Of a stretch of DNA of 64,000 nt, positions 25,435 through 37,752 are shown piece by piece. Positions within the stretch are counted from its first letter, which is position 1; each line of letters starts with the position of its first letter. Under the pieces are notes generated by a model. The model was not told where the DNA came from and searched no databases. It worked only from the letters and a program-made list of their open reading frames with translations. The position numbers were made by a program, and so were the translations under genes. This stretch comes from Selaginella moellendorffii (lineage: Eukaryota > Plantae > Lycopodiophyta). The stretch is taken from positions 308,173-372,172 of the forward strand of contig NW_003314307.1 in assembly GCF_000143415.4 (NCBI RefSeq). The letters are read 5' to 3'.

Positions 25435-28040
25435 ATGGAGGATCCTTGCGCCGCTTCTCGGCCCAGCGCTAGCAATGGCGGCATCGAGAGCAGCTCCGTG
25501 CTCTTCGAGAAGGCCGTGCCGGTGAGGATCAAGTCCCCCTCCGAGGATCGCCTAGTGGAGCTCACGGTCCGGATTATCATGGGCCTCAGCAAGCATCGCC
25601 GATCCACAAAGGTAAGAGTTGGATTTCTAGTTCGCAGCTCATCGAGGGAATTTTTCGTGCAGGTTTTGCAAATCCAGATCACAAACGAGCTCGATCCCTT
25701 CTTCTTGTACTCACTGGAAGTGAATGAGGACGATTTCCAGGGACTCAAGGTGGAGCAGTGCATTCTTGTGGATTTTGGGACGTTTCCCCACAAATTCATA
25801 GAGCTACTCGAGCATTGTATCAGAGCTGGTGCTGGCGAGGCGCCAAGGTTTTTCGTCCCCCAGTTTTTTCTTTATGCTATGGCAAATGTGGATCATCAAA
25901 CAGGTTCTTGGCGATACTTAACGTTCGCACCGGGGACTCGACGTTTAGTGTGGTGGAAACGAACCAATTCAAGCATCTCAGCCATCTCTCCCTGTGCTTT
26001 AGACAAGGAAATGACAGTACGATCAAGAGCTACCTTGCCGGACGACTTGCCGAGTACAAGGTAAGGCTGCCTTTGCTGTATGATTTTAGCTGGGCCTCGT
26101 TGTTTCGAGCAGGGTGCAAACGTTGATCTTCATGAAAAGCTACGAAGAACTCTAGAATCGTTAGAGAGTTCTCTTCAAGATGTTGGAGAGCTCCGCAGGT
26201 GAGCAAGACACTTGATCGTTCCTTTCTCGGGTGTTAAGGGTGACGTTTTGCATGCAGTGAACTTGCCGATTCCAAGGAGATGCAATCACGTTCCATTAGT
26301 GAGCTCCAAGTAAAACACGCAAGGGAGTTGGCTCGCGAGAGAGAAAAGGTTGGAGGTGTTTAAAGCATTCCTATCGTTGTTAATGTTTCTTTTTTCTCGT
26401 AGTCTTTGCAAGAGTGCCTGGAAATGAAAGAGCGGCTGGAACGCGAAAAGGCTGAAATGGAATACCGACTGACTCAAAAAGCCGGACAACACGAGAGCCA
26501 AGTTATAGATCTGGATAAACAGGTGACGCAACAAATCTTGTCGAATTTTGACGTCTTCATTTCGTGAGTGCGTGTGTCCAGGTCAGGGAGCTGACTTCGA
26601 CAAGGCATGGCCTGGAAATAACAATAGCGGAGCTGAAAACAAAGCTAGAACTTATGCACAAGGAGTTGCAAGAAAGGCAACAGGTTTGTGAAGTAGTATA
26701 GCACATCAAATCCATGACTACTTTCCTTTTTAAATCTGTTGCCGCAGGAGTGCGATACCTTACGTACGAGGAACAAAAGCGTGGATAAAGAACTCCAAGT
26801 CTCGTCAAAGCAACTGAATGATAACCTGATTCGTCTGGCAGCTTTGGAGCAGGAAGTACGCTGAACTGGTGTCTCTCTTTTACCGAAACAGACAGTGAAT
26901 TGAGTTTCTCGATGTGTTGTAGGTCCAAAGCAAAAGCGAGCTGATCGGCAACATATCGGGCCAGCTCGAGAGTATCACTATGACTAGGTTCGTCGTAGTG
27001 TCCTGGTGTTTTGGAATGCGAGGCTAAAATTTTTGTGGATGGCTCTACAGGGCGGCACTAGAGTCATCGTTGAAAGATGCACAGGCTGCCGCGGAGAAAG
27101 CCGAGGAGAAAGCCGCGGCCCGCGTTGCCGAGGCAAACAAGGCAAACCAGATGATAGAGAAGCTCCAGGCCGAGATAAAGTCGAGCAAGGCAAAGTTGAA
27201 GCTGAAAACGCAGGTTACAGCACAACAGGAGACGCTACTTCAGGAGCGACAGGCAACAATCGAGAAGAATGTCGCCGAGATTGCTGCTCTCAAGCAGGAA
27301 ATCGCAGCTCTAAAGATAGAGATTGAAGCATCAAAGAGAAAGGTAACTCTACAATATAGCTATAGCTTCCTTTCTTTTGCTGAGGTGAGATCTTCGTACC
27401 TACACAGGAAGCGGATCTCCAGAAGAAAATGGAGGAGTCCGAGGAATCTCTCAAGTCGAACCAGCAGATGATCCAGTAAGCTTTCTTGCTAGAGCTATCT
27501 GTGGATGGATTGATCTTGTGCTTTTTCTCCAGGTGGCTGAATCAGCAACTCACTGATGCGCAGCTTGGAAAGTACGCCAAGTACAGCACTACCAGCCGAG
27601 CTCTCTCACTCTCCTCGGCAATCTCCTCGACTCCATCACCAAGAGGTCCTCTCCTCCCGTCCAACACCCACAATCTCCTCCAGCTCAAGCCATCGATATC
27701 AGCAACGAGCATCACCTCCAAATCTCCAAGCTCGGCAGTAGCAAAGGCAGTCACAGGTGATGGTGGTGGTGGTGGTGGTGGTAGTGGTAGCAGCATTCCA
27801 GGATTCACGAGCAAAGTTACTTTCAAGCCACCGCTCGCCGAGCTCAATGGCAAGGCCGAGAATTTGTGCAAGGAGAGGAAGTTTGTCACTCTGGAGCTGA
27901 CGAGAAATGGTCTCCCAAAGCCGCAGCTCTCATTCGCGAGCCCAGCAGTGGGAGATCTTCCACAGGGAATTCCCGGACGAGCAAAGGGGAGAGAAGAAGA
28001 GCTCTATCCGGCTGGGCTCTCCAATGGCTGCTTAAGTTAG
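25435..28040 (+). CDS. SAS6: Centriolar cartwheel protein SAS-6, multi-exon (3' end approximate)
   Basis: SAS-6 head domain: ITNELDPFFLYSLEVNEDDFQGLKVEQCILVDFGTFP and VVETNQFKHLSHLSL; long coiled coil follows. Confidence 0.92.
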
Positions 28041-28474
28041 AAATCCACAGCGTGAGCAGAGTTACTGGGCATTAGGGTTTACACGAGAGTGGTAGTAGAA
28101 AGAAAGGTAGGGGATATGGCTGGATGAGAATGGAGGCGTCGCAGCAATCAGGGATTGTGGAAGGCGCTGTGGATTTGTGGCCAGAGCTGTCGCACTGCTG
28201 CCGAGCTTGAGGCGGCGCCAGATTCGTCGGCCGTGGGTGTGGCATCGAGCTCCAGGGTTTCTAGGTTGGTTCCATTAGCAGTAGATTGCTACATTTTTCT
28301 CGCATTCAGCACGACACGATCGAGTTTGGACAGCTTGGGAAGTGGCTTGCCTGCATTCTCTCTGTGTGGTGAGTGAAGTGGGATTTCTCTCAAAGTTTAA
28401 GGGAAAAAAAGAGAAAGAGAGAGAGAGAGAGAGCGCCCCGGGAAGAGAAGAGAGAGTAGAATTCTTCTAAAAGT

Positions 28475-30530
28475 ATGCCAAGCCCGAGTAAGAAGCCTCC
28501 GACCAATGTGAAGCCTGTTCCAGGGACCATAGTGTGGGTGAGGCGGAGGAATGGCTCCTGGTGGCCTGGACGAATTATTAGTAAGAAGGAGCTCTTAGCA
28601 TCGAATGTTATGTCTCCGAGATCTGGAACTCCGGTTAAGCTTCTTGGTCGAGACGATGCAAGTGTGTAAGTTCCTTGTCTGGTTCTTTTTGTATCTCTCT
28701 CACTCTCGTGTTCTTTCTTTGTTTTTGGTGCTAGTCTTTTTGCGATTGCTTGCTCTCTTTTGATTCTCCGATGCTCGGGTTCTAAAGTTCTTTTGGTTTT
28801 GTTTTTCTTACAGGGATTGGTACAATATTGAGAAATCGAAGAGAGTGAAGCCGTTCAGATGCGGGGAGTTTGATGACTGCATCGAGAAAGCTCAGGCAAT
28901 GGCGGGACAGTCGAAGAGGAGGGAAAAGTATGCTCGCAGGGAAGACGCAATCGTAGATGCTATAGAGCTCGAGAAGGAACAGATCGAGCAGCTGAAGACC
29001 GCGTACGTTGGCACAGGGGGGAAGAAATCAAAACTCAAAGGCAAGCAGAAAAGCGTAGATGGTGGTGGAGATCAACCAAAGAAGGGAAATGGTGATACGA
29101 GCGGGGTCAATCGCAAAGTCTCCAAGAAAAAGGCACAAACTGCCAAGGACCGGGAAACCTCGGATTTGGAGGATGGAGCGGCATTACTTCCGAGAATGCG
29201 TGGATTACAAGACTTGGTATCCGCCGGTACTTCGTCCAAAATCACAACTGTGGAAGGACTGGATGGCTCTTCCGAGGTCGAGGCACCACCTTTGGACGAA
29301 AGCATGCAGCAGACGGTCCCAGATCAAGTCAAGGCATTAAAGCGAAAGCGGTCATCCGGACGAGCAGAAGAAGCTCCGTCCAAAAGGCGCGACAGGAAAA
29401 GACCGATTTTACAGGTTTTGGAGACGCTGGAGCGGGACAATGAGAATCAGGATGATCCGGCAGTGAAAGCTGAAGGGGTTTGCGAAGGCGAAGACAAGCT
29501 CTCGGACGAGTGTGAGTCGACGCAAGAGACTTTGCAGCTAGTGTCATCAGCTCAGGATAAACCCGCAGCGCATTTTCTCGATGCTCACAGCGCCAGTTAC
29601 AACAGCAAGGACGTAGCAGTGGTGGCATGCGAGGGAACGACGCTGCCGTCTCATACATCTGCTTCTCCAACGGGAATTACACAGGAGGAAAAGCCTCCTG
29701 TGAAAAAGGAGAAGGGGAGCAAGAAGAAGGCGTCGATGCCACCAAGGACGTTGGCATCCCTTGTCGTGGACAGTGCTGGAGATGTCCAGAAGGTGACAAA
29801 GCAGAGGAAAGGGGAGCCGAATTCTTCACAGCCGACTGCCTCCGTCTCGCGGTTTGACGTCGGCACAGCATCGGCATGTCGTAGTGGAAAAGGCAAACTC
29901 AAAGTGGAGGCCGAGGATACTGTAACCGCATGCTGTCCATCTGATGATCAAAAGGAGAACTGGAAAGAAGGTACATTGTGTTCTTTCTTTTTGTTTTTCT
30001 TATGCCTGGTCCTTTGGCTTGCAGGATTCGTACATCCACGAACTCGGTATGAGAAGCAACCCGTGCCCGTGGTTTCGCTCAGCAGTACAATTACTGGAAA
30101 GACAGTCTGCGGATACCCCGTGTCCGTGGAAGTTGTGGAGGGGATACTGGGGACGAGGAAGAAAAGGTTGAAGAACTACAGTGGCGAGCTCGCAACCTCT
30201 CCAAAACCTTGGCAGACGGCAAAGCGAACGGCCCGGCAGAGAACTCCACGCTCAGAGATTCTAGCGACGAGCGACGACGATTACACCACCAAAGTTCCAG
30301 GCACCGGCAAGAAGAGATCCAAGGAGGCACTGTCGAAGAAGCTCCTCAAGAAGGCAGTCCTGGCCTCGAAGAAAATCCGGACTTTGGCATCGATCTCGGA
30401 GGAGAAGAGGAGGCAGCCGGAGAATGGGTTTGGGTTCTTGAGCTCAAAAGCTCCACCGAAGTGGCCAGTGGCGACGCTGGTTCCCGTCAGTGTGGCTTTG
30501 AATCGACTCCGAGGGGTGGTGTGTTCCTGA
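28475..30530 (+). CDS. PWWP-domain protein of the PWO (PWWP interactor of Polycomb) family
   Basis: GTIVWVRRRNGSWWPGRI, SPRSGTPVKLLGRDDASV|DWYN, FRCGEFDDCIEKA, KYARREDAI; C-terminal VPVSVALNRL. Confidence 0.85.
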
Positions 30531-30760
30531 CGAGACGATACACGGGGATTCTCTACATCAAGGAAGACGAAGGCGATGAAGAAGAAAAGTTCTTGCCATC
30601 GATGGAGAGAGAGACGAAAGAGGGGTTTATCTTCTCCTCGTCCGTCGAGGGAGACGATGGAGAGGAAAGAAAGAGACGCGAAATTCTAGCTATGGTGGAA
30701 GGAGCAAACGTACATTTTTTGTAGAAGAGGAGCAATGTGGGTGGCGGGGGTTTAGGGTTT

Positions 30761-33346
30761 ATGGCGAATGGGCTGCTGCTGGGGAGCTCCTTCTACCGCC
30801 CAGCGCTTCCAATCCCCAGCAGCAGCGGCGGCAATCGTCGAAGAGCCGGCACCAGGGCAGTACGAATCAGGGGATTGAAAGATGGTTTTGGGAGAGAATG
30901 GGGCGTGGGCGACGCGCCCGCCAAGGCCAGGTGTGGTTTCCCAGCGATTTCTTTCAAGAGCGTGGCATTGGAGAGGATTTTCAAGGGCAAAGAAGTGATG
31001 CTGTCAAGGTGGAATTTTGCGAAGGTCGAGCTGAGCTCGACGCTTCCAGCAGCGAGGAGTTTTGGACTCCAGCAAGCTCGGCCTTTTCTTCTCGGCGGTT
31101 TTGTGGCTGGCTTGGCGATGGCTGTCTCGACTATCATCTCTTCCTTGGCGAAGAGGGAGAGAGGAGTGGAAGTCCCAGCGCCAGCTCGAGCTTTCCAGGG
31201 GACAACGATGGAAAAACTGGACTTTGACGAGGAGCTACTACACGTAGAAGCGGTTGCTACTCCTGCGATGAGCGAGGAAGAGAAAGAAAGAATCGCGAAG
31301 ATTCGAGACATGGCAAGGCAGGCAACGATAGATGAGAGTAATGTTGATGTTGGTGATGATGCTGCCGTTGAAGAGAGTTTACCTCCACCTCTTCGTCTTC
31401 CGGCCGCTGCTCGGGTACAGCTTTTGAGGAAGCAGAATGGAGACGAACTCGACAGGAACACGCCGAAGCCAGATTTCATGGAGCTTTCTCGGCAACTCGA
31501 GCTCATTCGAGAATCAGACGCTTCTCAGCCAGGGTCGAGTGACAGTGATGGAGTGGTGATCAATGGTCACGGGACTGGAAACGAGCTGAGTGGGCGACAT
31601 GAAACGAATCAACGGGCTGGTGGTGAAAGCACAAGGTTTATCACGACGTATGAAGAAGCTCGCGAAGTTCTTCGTTCTGATAAGCACGCAGAATTTCCAG
31701 GCAGCGATGGTGTGGTGATAAATGGCCAGGAGACTGGAAAAGAGCTTAGTGGGAGGACTGAAGAGAAGCAAGAGGCTAGTGCTAAGAGAACGAGGTTTAT
31801 CACGACGTATGAACAAGCTTGCGAAGTTCTTCGGTCCGATAAGCACGCGGAGGAAACTCGCCAACTACATCGTCACTCTCTCAGACTTCGTCCTCGCCAC
31901 AGCGTGCGCCGAGCTCACATACTCCACAAACAAGAGCCAGCAATGAAAATCTTTCGAGCGCTGAAGTTGCTGCTACACAACATATCTGGAAGAAGGACGA
32001 AGTGCTGCGGTGCATTCTGCTCAAGGCCCAGGAGAACGAGCGAAGAGGAAAACCTTTGTTCCATGGCATGCCTCCTGACTCGAAAGATATTCTTTTCAAC
32101 GGACTGGAAACGGAGCTGGGGAGTGAAGCTGAACCGATCAAGGCCTGGATAATGGAGCGCATTTGTAAGTCGGATGTTTTGCTAGATTTCGTGTTCTAAC
32201 GTTTATCTTTTGTCCTTTACAGCTTCCGATGCACAAAAAAAACAGAAAAAATCTCAGGAGCAAGAGACTGACGATTCTTTACCGACGATTCCCGGGAGAA
32301 AGAAATCTGAGTGGCAACCGGATTGTAATCCGCAAAAGACAGTCGTAACGGGCAGCAGTAGCGGCGCCGTGAAGCGTAAGCCAGCGAGCACCGATCAACC
32401 AGACCTGAAGAAAACGAAGCAGCAAAGTAACAAGAAGAAAGTGTGGCCGAAAGAGATACAGCGGAGATATGACACGGAGACGGATCCTAAAGTGCGAAGG
32501 CTTCTGAAGGAGATTGGAAAGGACTTGGACGAATGGTTAACCGAAGAGGAGGTGGAAGAAACGCTGAGACTCTTTTTCCAGGGACCTGACGGGCAGCGTG
32601 AGCTCTTACGTCGCTGGCACGCGGAGCTGAAAGAAGAGGCGAGGAAGCAGGGTGAAACTCTTGGCGACGAGGAGATGAAACGCTTTGAGAAGATGCAAGA
32701 GAAGTATAAAACGCAGTCACTACAAAGTCTGGCCAGCAAGTACCGCGATTCAAAACCTTTCAAGGCGGATACTCTCTGGTGGCATCAGTTGCGATATGTT
32801 GCGGTAAGTTGCATGATTATTTTTTTATTCCTTTGGTTTCTGATGTATTGTTTACTCTCCCTTGCAGTGTATAATGCTGCAGAATGAGGAGCAGAAAGTT
32901 TCTCCTGGTCTCTATTCTATGAACATGGCGTTGGAAGGCGATTCCAGAGAGAAGCTACATGTGGTTGGATTCGAAGATCATAACGAGGCACTCAACTTTT
33001 GCCGCACTCTTGTACCTGAGATCAACAAGCTTGGAGGAGCCACTGGTGCTCGAGTGATTCCATTCGAACCAAAGGTAAGGAATTCTTTGCTTTTCTTTGT
33101 TCGAACGATTCGATTTAAATGCTTTTATGGCTTGTACAGGAACTCCTTCGCGAAGCAAGCGAGTCTGGATTCCAAGTGACAGTGCTCAAGAAGGGCCATG
33201 TTGAAAACTACGCAGGAAAACCGCTTGAAGAGGTAGAGTATAGAATTCTCGAGATTGGGAGGGATGTTTACGTGCAGGAGAAGCTCCGGGAAAGATCCAT
33301 TGACGTGAAGTCGATGATGAAAGACCTTTGGAGCGACGATTTTTAA
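30761..33346 (+). CDS. EMB1703-like chloroplast protein (frame discontinuity near 31826-31885)
   Basis: Transit-peptide-like start, a hydrophobic segment, KIRDMARQA, WKKDEVLR..ENERRGKPLFH, C-terminal ELLREASESGFQVTVLKKG...RERSIDV. Confidence 0.75.
31535..31852 (+). repeat. In-frame 159-bp (53-aa) tandem duplication in the EMB1703-like gene
   Basis: SDGVVING...RFITTYE..EVLRSDKHAE occurs twice. Confidence 0.85.
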
Positions 33347-33463
33347 AACAAATGTAAGCTTTTACTGAGAGATCTTTGTACTATTTAGTGACAAGTGGTC
33401 AATGTAAAGTAATGAGCTTTCGTGAGCTCGTGTAACTCTTTCTCGTGTGTCCGATTTTCTATT

Positions 33464-34165
33464 TTGACTCAGGCAGCAGTACTGTGACAGTCCAATGGTT
33501 GGCTCTTTCTCTTTTTCTTTGTCTATCCTCATGCTGCTGTGCTATTGCCTCTGGCAACTGCTGGCAGCACAGTGCGCTAGTGCTGCTATAGATCAACAAT
33601 ATGGCAGCAATTAACGCTGCCAAGTGTTGTTGTATGCAAGAAGTTGGGATTTACAAGTCTTACATACTGGAAGTTGGAGGCGAAATTGGGGAGGTCGCGT
33701 CTGGTGGACTTAAGAGTGTTGGTGTTGGATAGCGGGAATTGGACGTGGAACGAAGTGTCATCCTTCCTAACCAGGAGAATATTAGGGGCGTGCTGCACAC
33801 TACTGACTTTGGCTCCCAACAGGCATGAATTTCCCTTGATGAACTATGAGGTGATATTGGCAAAACTTGGCTTGCCTGCCACAACATCGAGAGGAGATGA
33901 TGGGATGAACTTGGTGCTGTTTTGCTTGCCTGGTCGACTTTCAAGTATAAGCATCAAGAATGCCGTGGTCTCGTCCACTTGGAAGTGTTGGTTGAATGAG
34001 AGTCTCATGAAGTAACAGACCGTCTTTGGATGACAAGTGTTGGCTAGTTAGCTGCTGGAAGGCCGGTACCACAGTTTGAAAGGTTCTAGGACAAGAACTT
34101 GACGACCATGCGTTCCATTGTCCTTCCACTGTTTGGTTCCAAGGTTCGCGGTGGAAAGTTCTTGA
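33464..34165 (-). pseudogene. Decayed duplicate of the 3' part of the PhoD-like gene
   Basis: Colinear with 39780-40620 (LGTKQWKD, GRQVLVL, LKVDQ) with deletions and a ~260-bp insertion. Confidence 0.8.
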
Positions 34166-34288
34166 GCATCTACGAACATGGAGCGGGTTGTATCAGACTT
34201 GCTGAGGCCCCCCGTAAGCAGCAAGTAGATTGGAGTCCACGGAGTAGGAGCTGGAAAAACACTCTTGGCCAAACGAGCACCAAGTCAA

Positions 34289-37200
34289 TGATGAGAGAAG
34301 CCAGGCCTCACAGCCTAGCGCTCTATAGAGAATGAGAACACTCCCAGAACAATCCCCTGGGATAGATCTCACGAAAGAAAACTAAGAAAGCCCTAAACTG
34401 AAAGAATGCCAGGTGGCTGTACGCCACGTGGCTCTAACACTCCCCTTATGACTGGACTTGCCATTGTATTACAAAGTATTACTGGATGCTACGACAGAAG
34501 AGTATCTAGCCAGGAACATAGCAACACTTTACCAACCCCATTTGGTGATGTGTTAGCTCTCATTAAAAACTTCAAGGAGTGCAGTTTGTCAGTTCAGGAC
34601 CTTGTAGTTCTCTGAAGTACAAACTAGTTTCAACTTCCATTTCTTTCCATCCAGTTTGTAAGTAGTCATTAATGCTACTCCCACACTGATAGATTGAGGA
34701 GCCAGTCATGTTCACACACCTGGATCTTTATCACCAATGTGACCATTGCCACCCACCTAGCGGGAGCCCTGCGAGGACAAATTGCACATTCCAAGTGCTT
34801 ATTGATGTTTGCAGAAAACAATAGGTGGAAGAGCCTTAGTAAATATATCAGCAACTTGGTCCTCAGTTGTCACATACTTTTAAGTGTTAGCTCTCATCCT
34901 ATCACTTGTTCTCTAATGTAGTGGTATTTTATTTGTATATGCTTTATCCTTCCTGGAATAAAAGAGCAATCACTAATTGATTATCCGAGATTAGAGCAAT
35001 ATCAGAGCAATGGGTTAGATTTCTTTTGGCACAACAAGTGCCATAGACACTAGGACAGGATGGTGTCATCTTCTTCATGGAGCAGTTTGATGGAACAAAT
35101 TTCCTTGCCTGGAAAAAATGTGCACAGTTCTAGTTTATGAGGTGGGGACTTTGGCCTGTGGTATCTGGATCTAGAAAATGCCTGTCCAAGGATGATGATG
35201 ACACAGATCCATACAACGAATGGAAAGATTGGAAAGATTTGGATGCTAGGGCAAATGGAGCATTAGGTGGAGGACTCGGCCCTCTCTATAGTGTCCACGT
35301 GAATGTGGAGAAGAGTTCTGCTAAGAATTGGAAGTCAATTTGTGAAATTATGGGAGTGGACCTACAAGAAGATGTGGATGTGATTCTTTGTTGCAGTGAG
35401 CTATACAGCCTGGAAGAGTAGCCACACGAGCATGTGCAAGATTACATCACCAGGCTTCAGCACAAAGTGGTGGAGATTCAACTGCTGGATCCAGAAGCTG
35501 CTATGACAGATCAAAAGTTTAATGTAGTTCTGTTTAAGAGGCTTGCAACTCGTGCTATGAAGTCTCATCTTCGTTATATCAAGAAGATTCCCGCCATTAC
35601 ACAGCGGCAGATTTTTGCTGAGCTCGTCCAGCACAAGAAAACTGTTATAGGTGAAGGCAATGCTGTTGAGCAAGATGGGATTGCCAAGCAAGCACAAGCA
35701 GGGCGCTCCTCTGTCTTTAATTGACTTGGAAATAAGCGCTCCAACAGCACCAAGAAAAAGCCAGCCACCAAGCAAGAATTTAATTTGAAGTGTGGGATGT
35801 GTTCAAAGTGTGGGCACCTGAGCAAGGATTGTCTAGTGAAGAAGCATCGTCATGAGACAAAATTGAAAGCTGAGCGTGGATCTTCCATAGGTGCAGCACC
35901 ACATTTTAAAAGTTGATGCTGAGATGATGGTGATGATGAAGACTAGCCAATGACTTGTCATGGATGACTCAAGGAGTAGAGGTGGATACCACAAGCCGAA
36001 CTTGTGTCACAGTTGGTGAACACTTGTGTCAGGGGAGTGTCACTCCTGAACACTCCTGCCAGAGTTGAACACCTCACCATGCTGCTTTCCCATGATGCAT
36101 GGCTCACATAATGGCATTGAAAAAGACGTGATGGCCAAGCCATCAACCATGTGGACTGCTGGATCATCTTGTGATTCACATGGCCAAGTTGACGATGTCA
36201 AGTTTGGGTATCTGCAGCTCCCCCTGAAGATGAACTCGCAGTAGCCACTGTCATCGTAGCTAGCAGCTTCCCTGGAACACAAACCTCGCAATCCATCTGG
36301 AACAGTCGTCCTATCTTGCTTGCTGAAGCCACATGTCCAACCTCTGGATGTGTGATCTTAACATGATCACCACAAAACTCCAAGTTGAATCCTTGCTCCA
36401 TCATTTGTCTGAGGGACACCAAGGAATGTTGAGCCTTGGGGATGTACCACACATGCTTGATTGGAACCACCAAGCCTGTGGGTGGACGCACTTCAATCGT
36501 GCCCACACCTTCAACTGCTAACAAGCTGTTATCTGTGAGTCACATTTGGCCAGTGCATTTCCTCATCTCCACGGTCAAAAGTTGAGTGATTCGTTGCTGC
36601 CAAATCCAGCCAAGGAACACGGCTTGTGGTATCCACCTCTACTTGCCAAGCCATTGGCCGTAGTGGAAGAGTCTTCATCATTACCATCATCTCGATGTCA
36701 AGTTTTAAAATGTGGTTCCACGCTCAGATTTCAATTTTGTCTCATGGCAATGCTTCTTCACTGGACAATCCTTGCTCAGGTGCCCATGCTTTGAACACAT
36801 CTCACACTTCAAATTGAATTCTCACTTGGTGTGCTGGCTTTTCCTCAGTGCTGTTGGAGTGCTTATTTCCAAGTCGATTAAAGACAGAGTGCCCTATGCT
36901 AATTACCACGAGTCACCATGGCAATCCCGTCCTGCTCAACAGCATTGCCTTCACCTATAACGGTTTTCTCATGCTAGATAAGCTCAGCAAAAATCTGCCG
37001 CTGTGTAATGTCGGGAATCTTCTTGATATAACGAAGATGAGACTTCATAGCATGAGTTACATGCCCCTTAAACAGAACTGCATTAAACTCTTGATCTGTC
37101 ACAACAGCTTCTAGATCCAGCAGTTGAATCTCCACCACTTTGTGCTGAAGCCTGGTGATGTAATCTTGCACATGCTCGTGTGGCTACTCTTCCAGGCTAT

Positions 37201-37752
37201 ATAGCTCACTGCAACAAAGAATCACATCCACATCTTCTTGTAGGTCCACTCCCATAATTTCACAAATTGACTTCCAATTCTTAGCAGAACTCTTCTCCAC
37301 ATTCACGTGGACACTGTAGAGAGGGCCGAGTCCTCCACCTAATGCTCCATTTGCCCTAGCATCCAGATCTTTCCACTTGTTATATGGATCTATGTCATCA
37401 TTATCCTTGGATGGGCATTTTCTCAATCCAGATACCACAGGCCAGAGTCCCCACCTCATGAACTAAAACTATGCACGTTCTTTCCAGGCAAGGAAATTCA
37501 TCCCATTGAACTGCTCTATGTCTCTGGAGGAAGAAGACGATGCCATCCTGTCCTAGTGTCTATGGCATTGGTCGTGCCAAAATTTTTTTTAACCTATTGC
37601 TCTGATACCTTGATGAGAGAAGCCAGGCCTCACGGTCTAGATGAGAACACTCCCAGAACAATCCCCTGGGATATGAGAAAGAAAACTAAAAAAGCCCTAA
37701 ACTGAAGGAATGCGACTCAAGCCAAGTGGCTGTACGCCATGTGGCTCTAACA
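34289..37752 (-). mobile_element. Ty1/Copia LTR retrotransposon, internally rearranged and defective
   Basis: LTRs at 34289-34439 and 37611-37752 (TG..CA); TSD GTCAA/GTCAC; PBS GGTATCAGAGC just inside the 5' LTR; PPT next to the 3' LTR. Coding remnants: gag MRWGLWPVVSG, zinc knuckle, pre-integrase VEGVGTIEV...CEPCIMGKQH, RNase H tail KHIQIKYHYIRE..QVADIFTKAL. Confidence 0.92.
34470..34715 (+). pseudogene. Class III peroxidase fragment inside the Copia element
   Basis: TGCYDRRVSS..LPTPFGDVLALIKNFKECSLSVQDLVVL followed by an SHT-like segment. Confidence 0.65.

Noticed and set aside
25435-28040. SAS-6 in a plant as a novelty
   Set aside because: Expected in plants with flagellated sperm
33539-33799. 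~260-bp insertion with possible 5-bp TSD (CTGCT/CTACT)
   Set aside because: Termini ambiguous; cannot be classified
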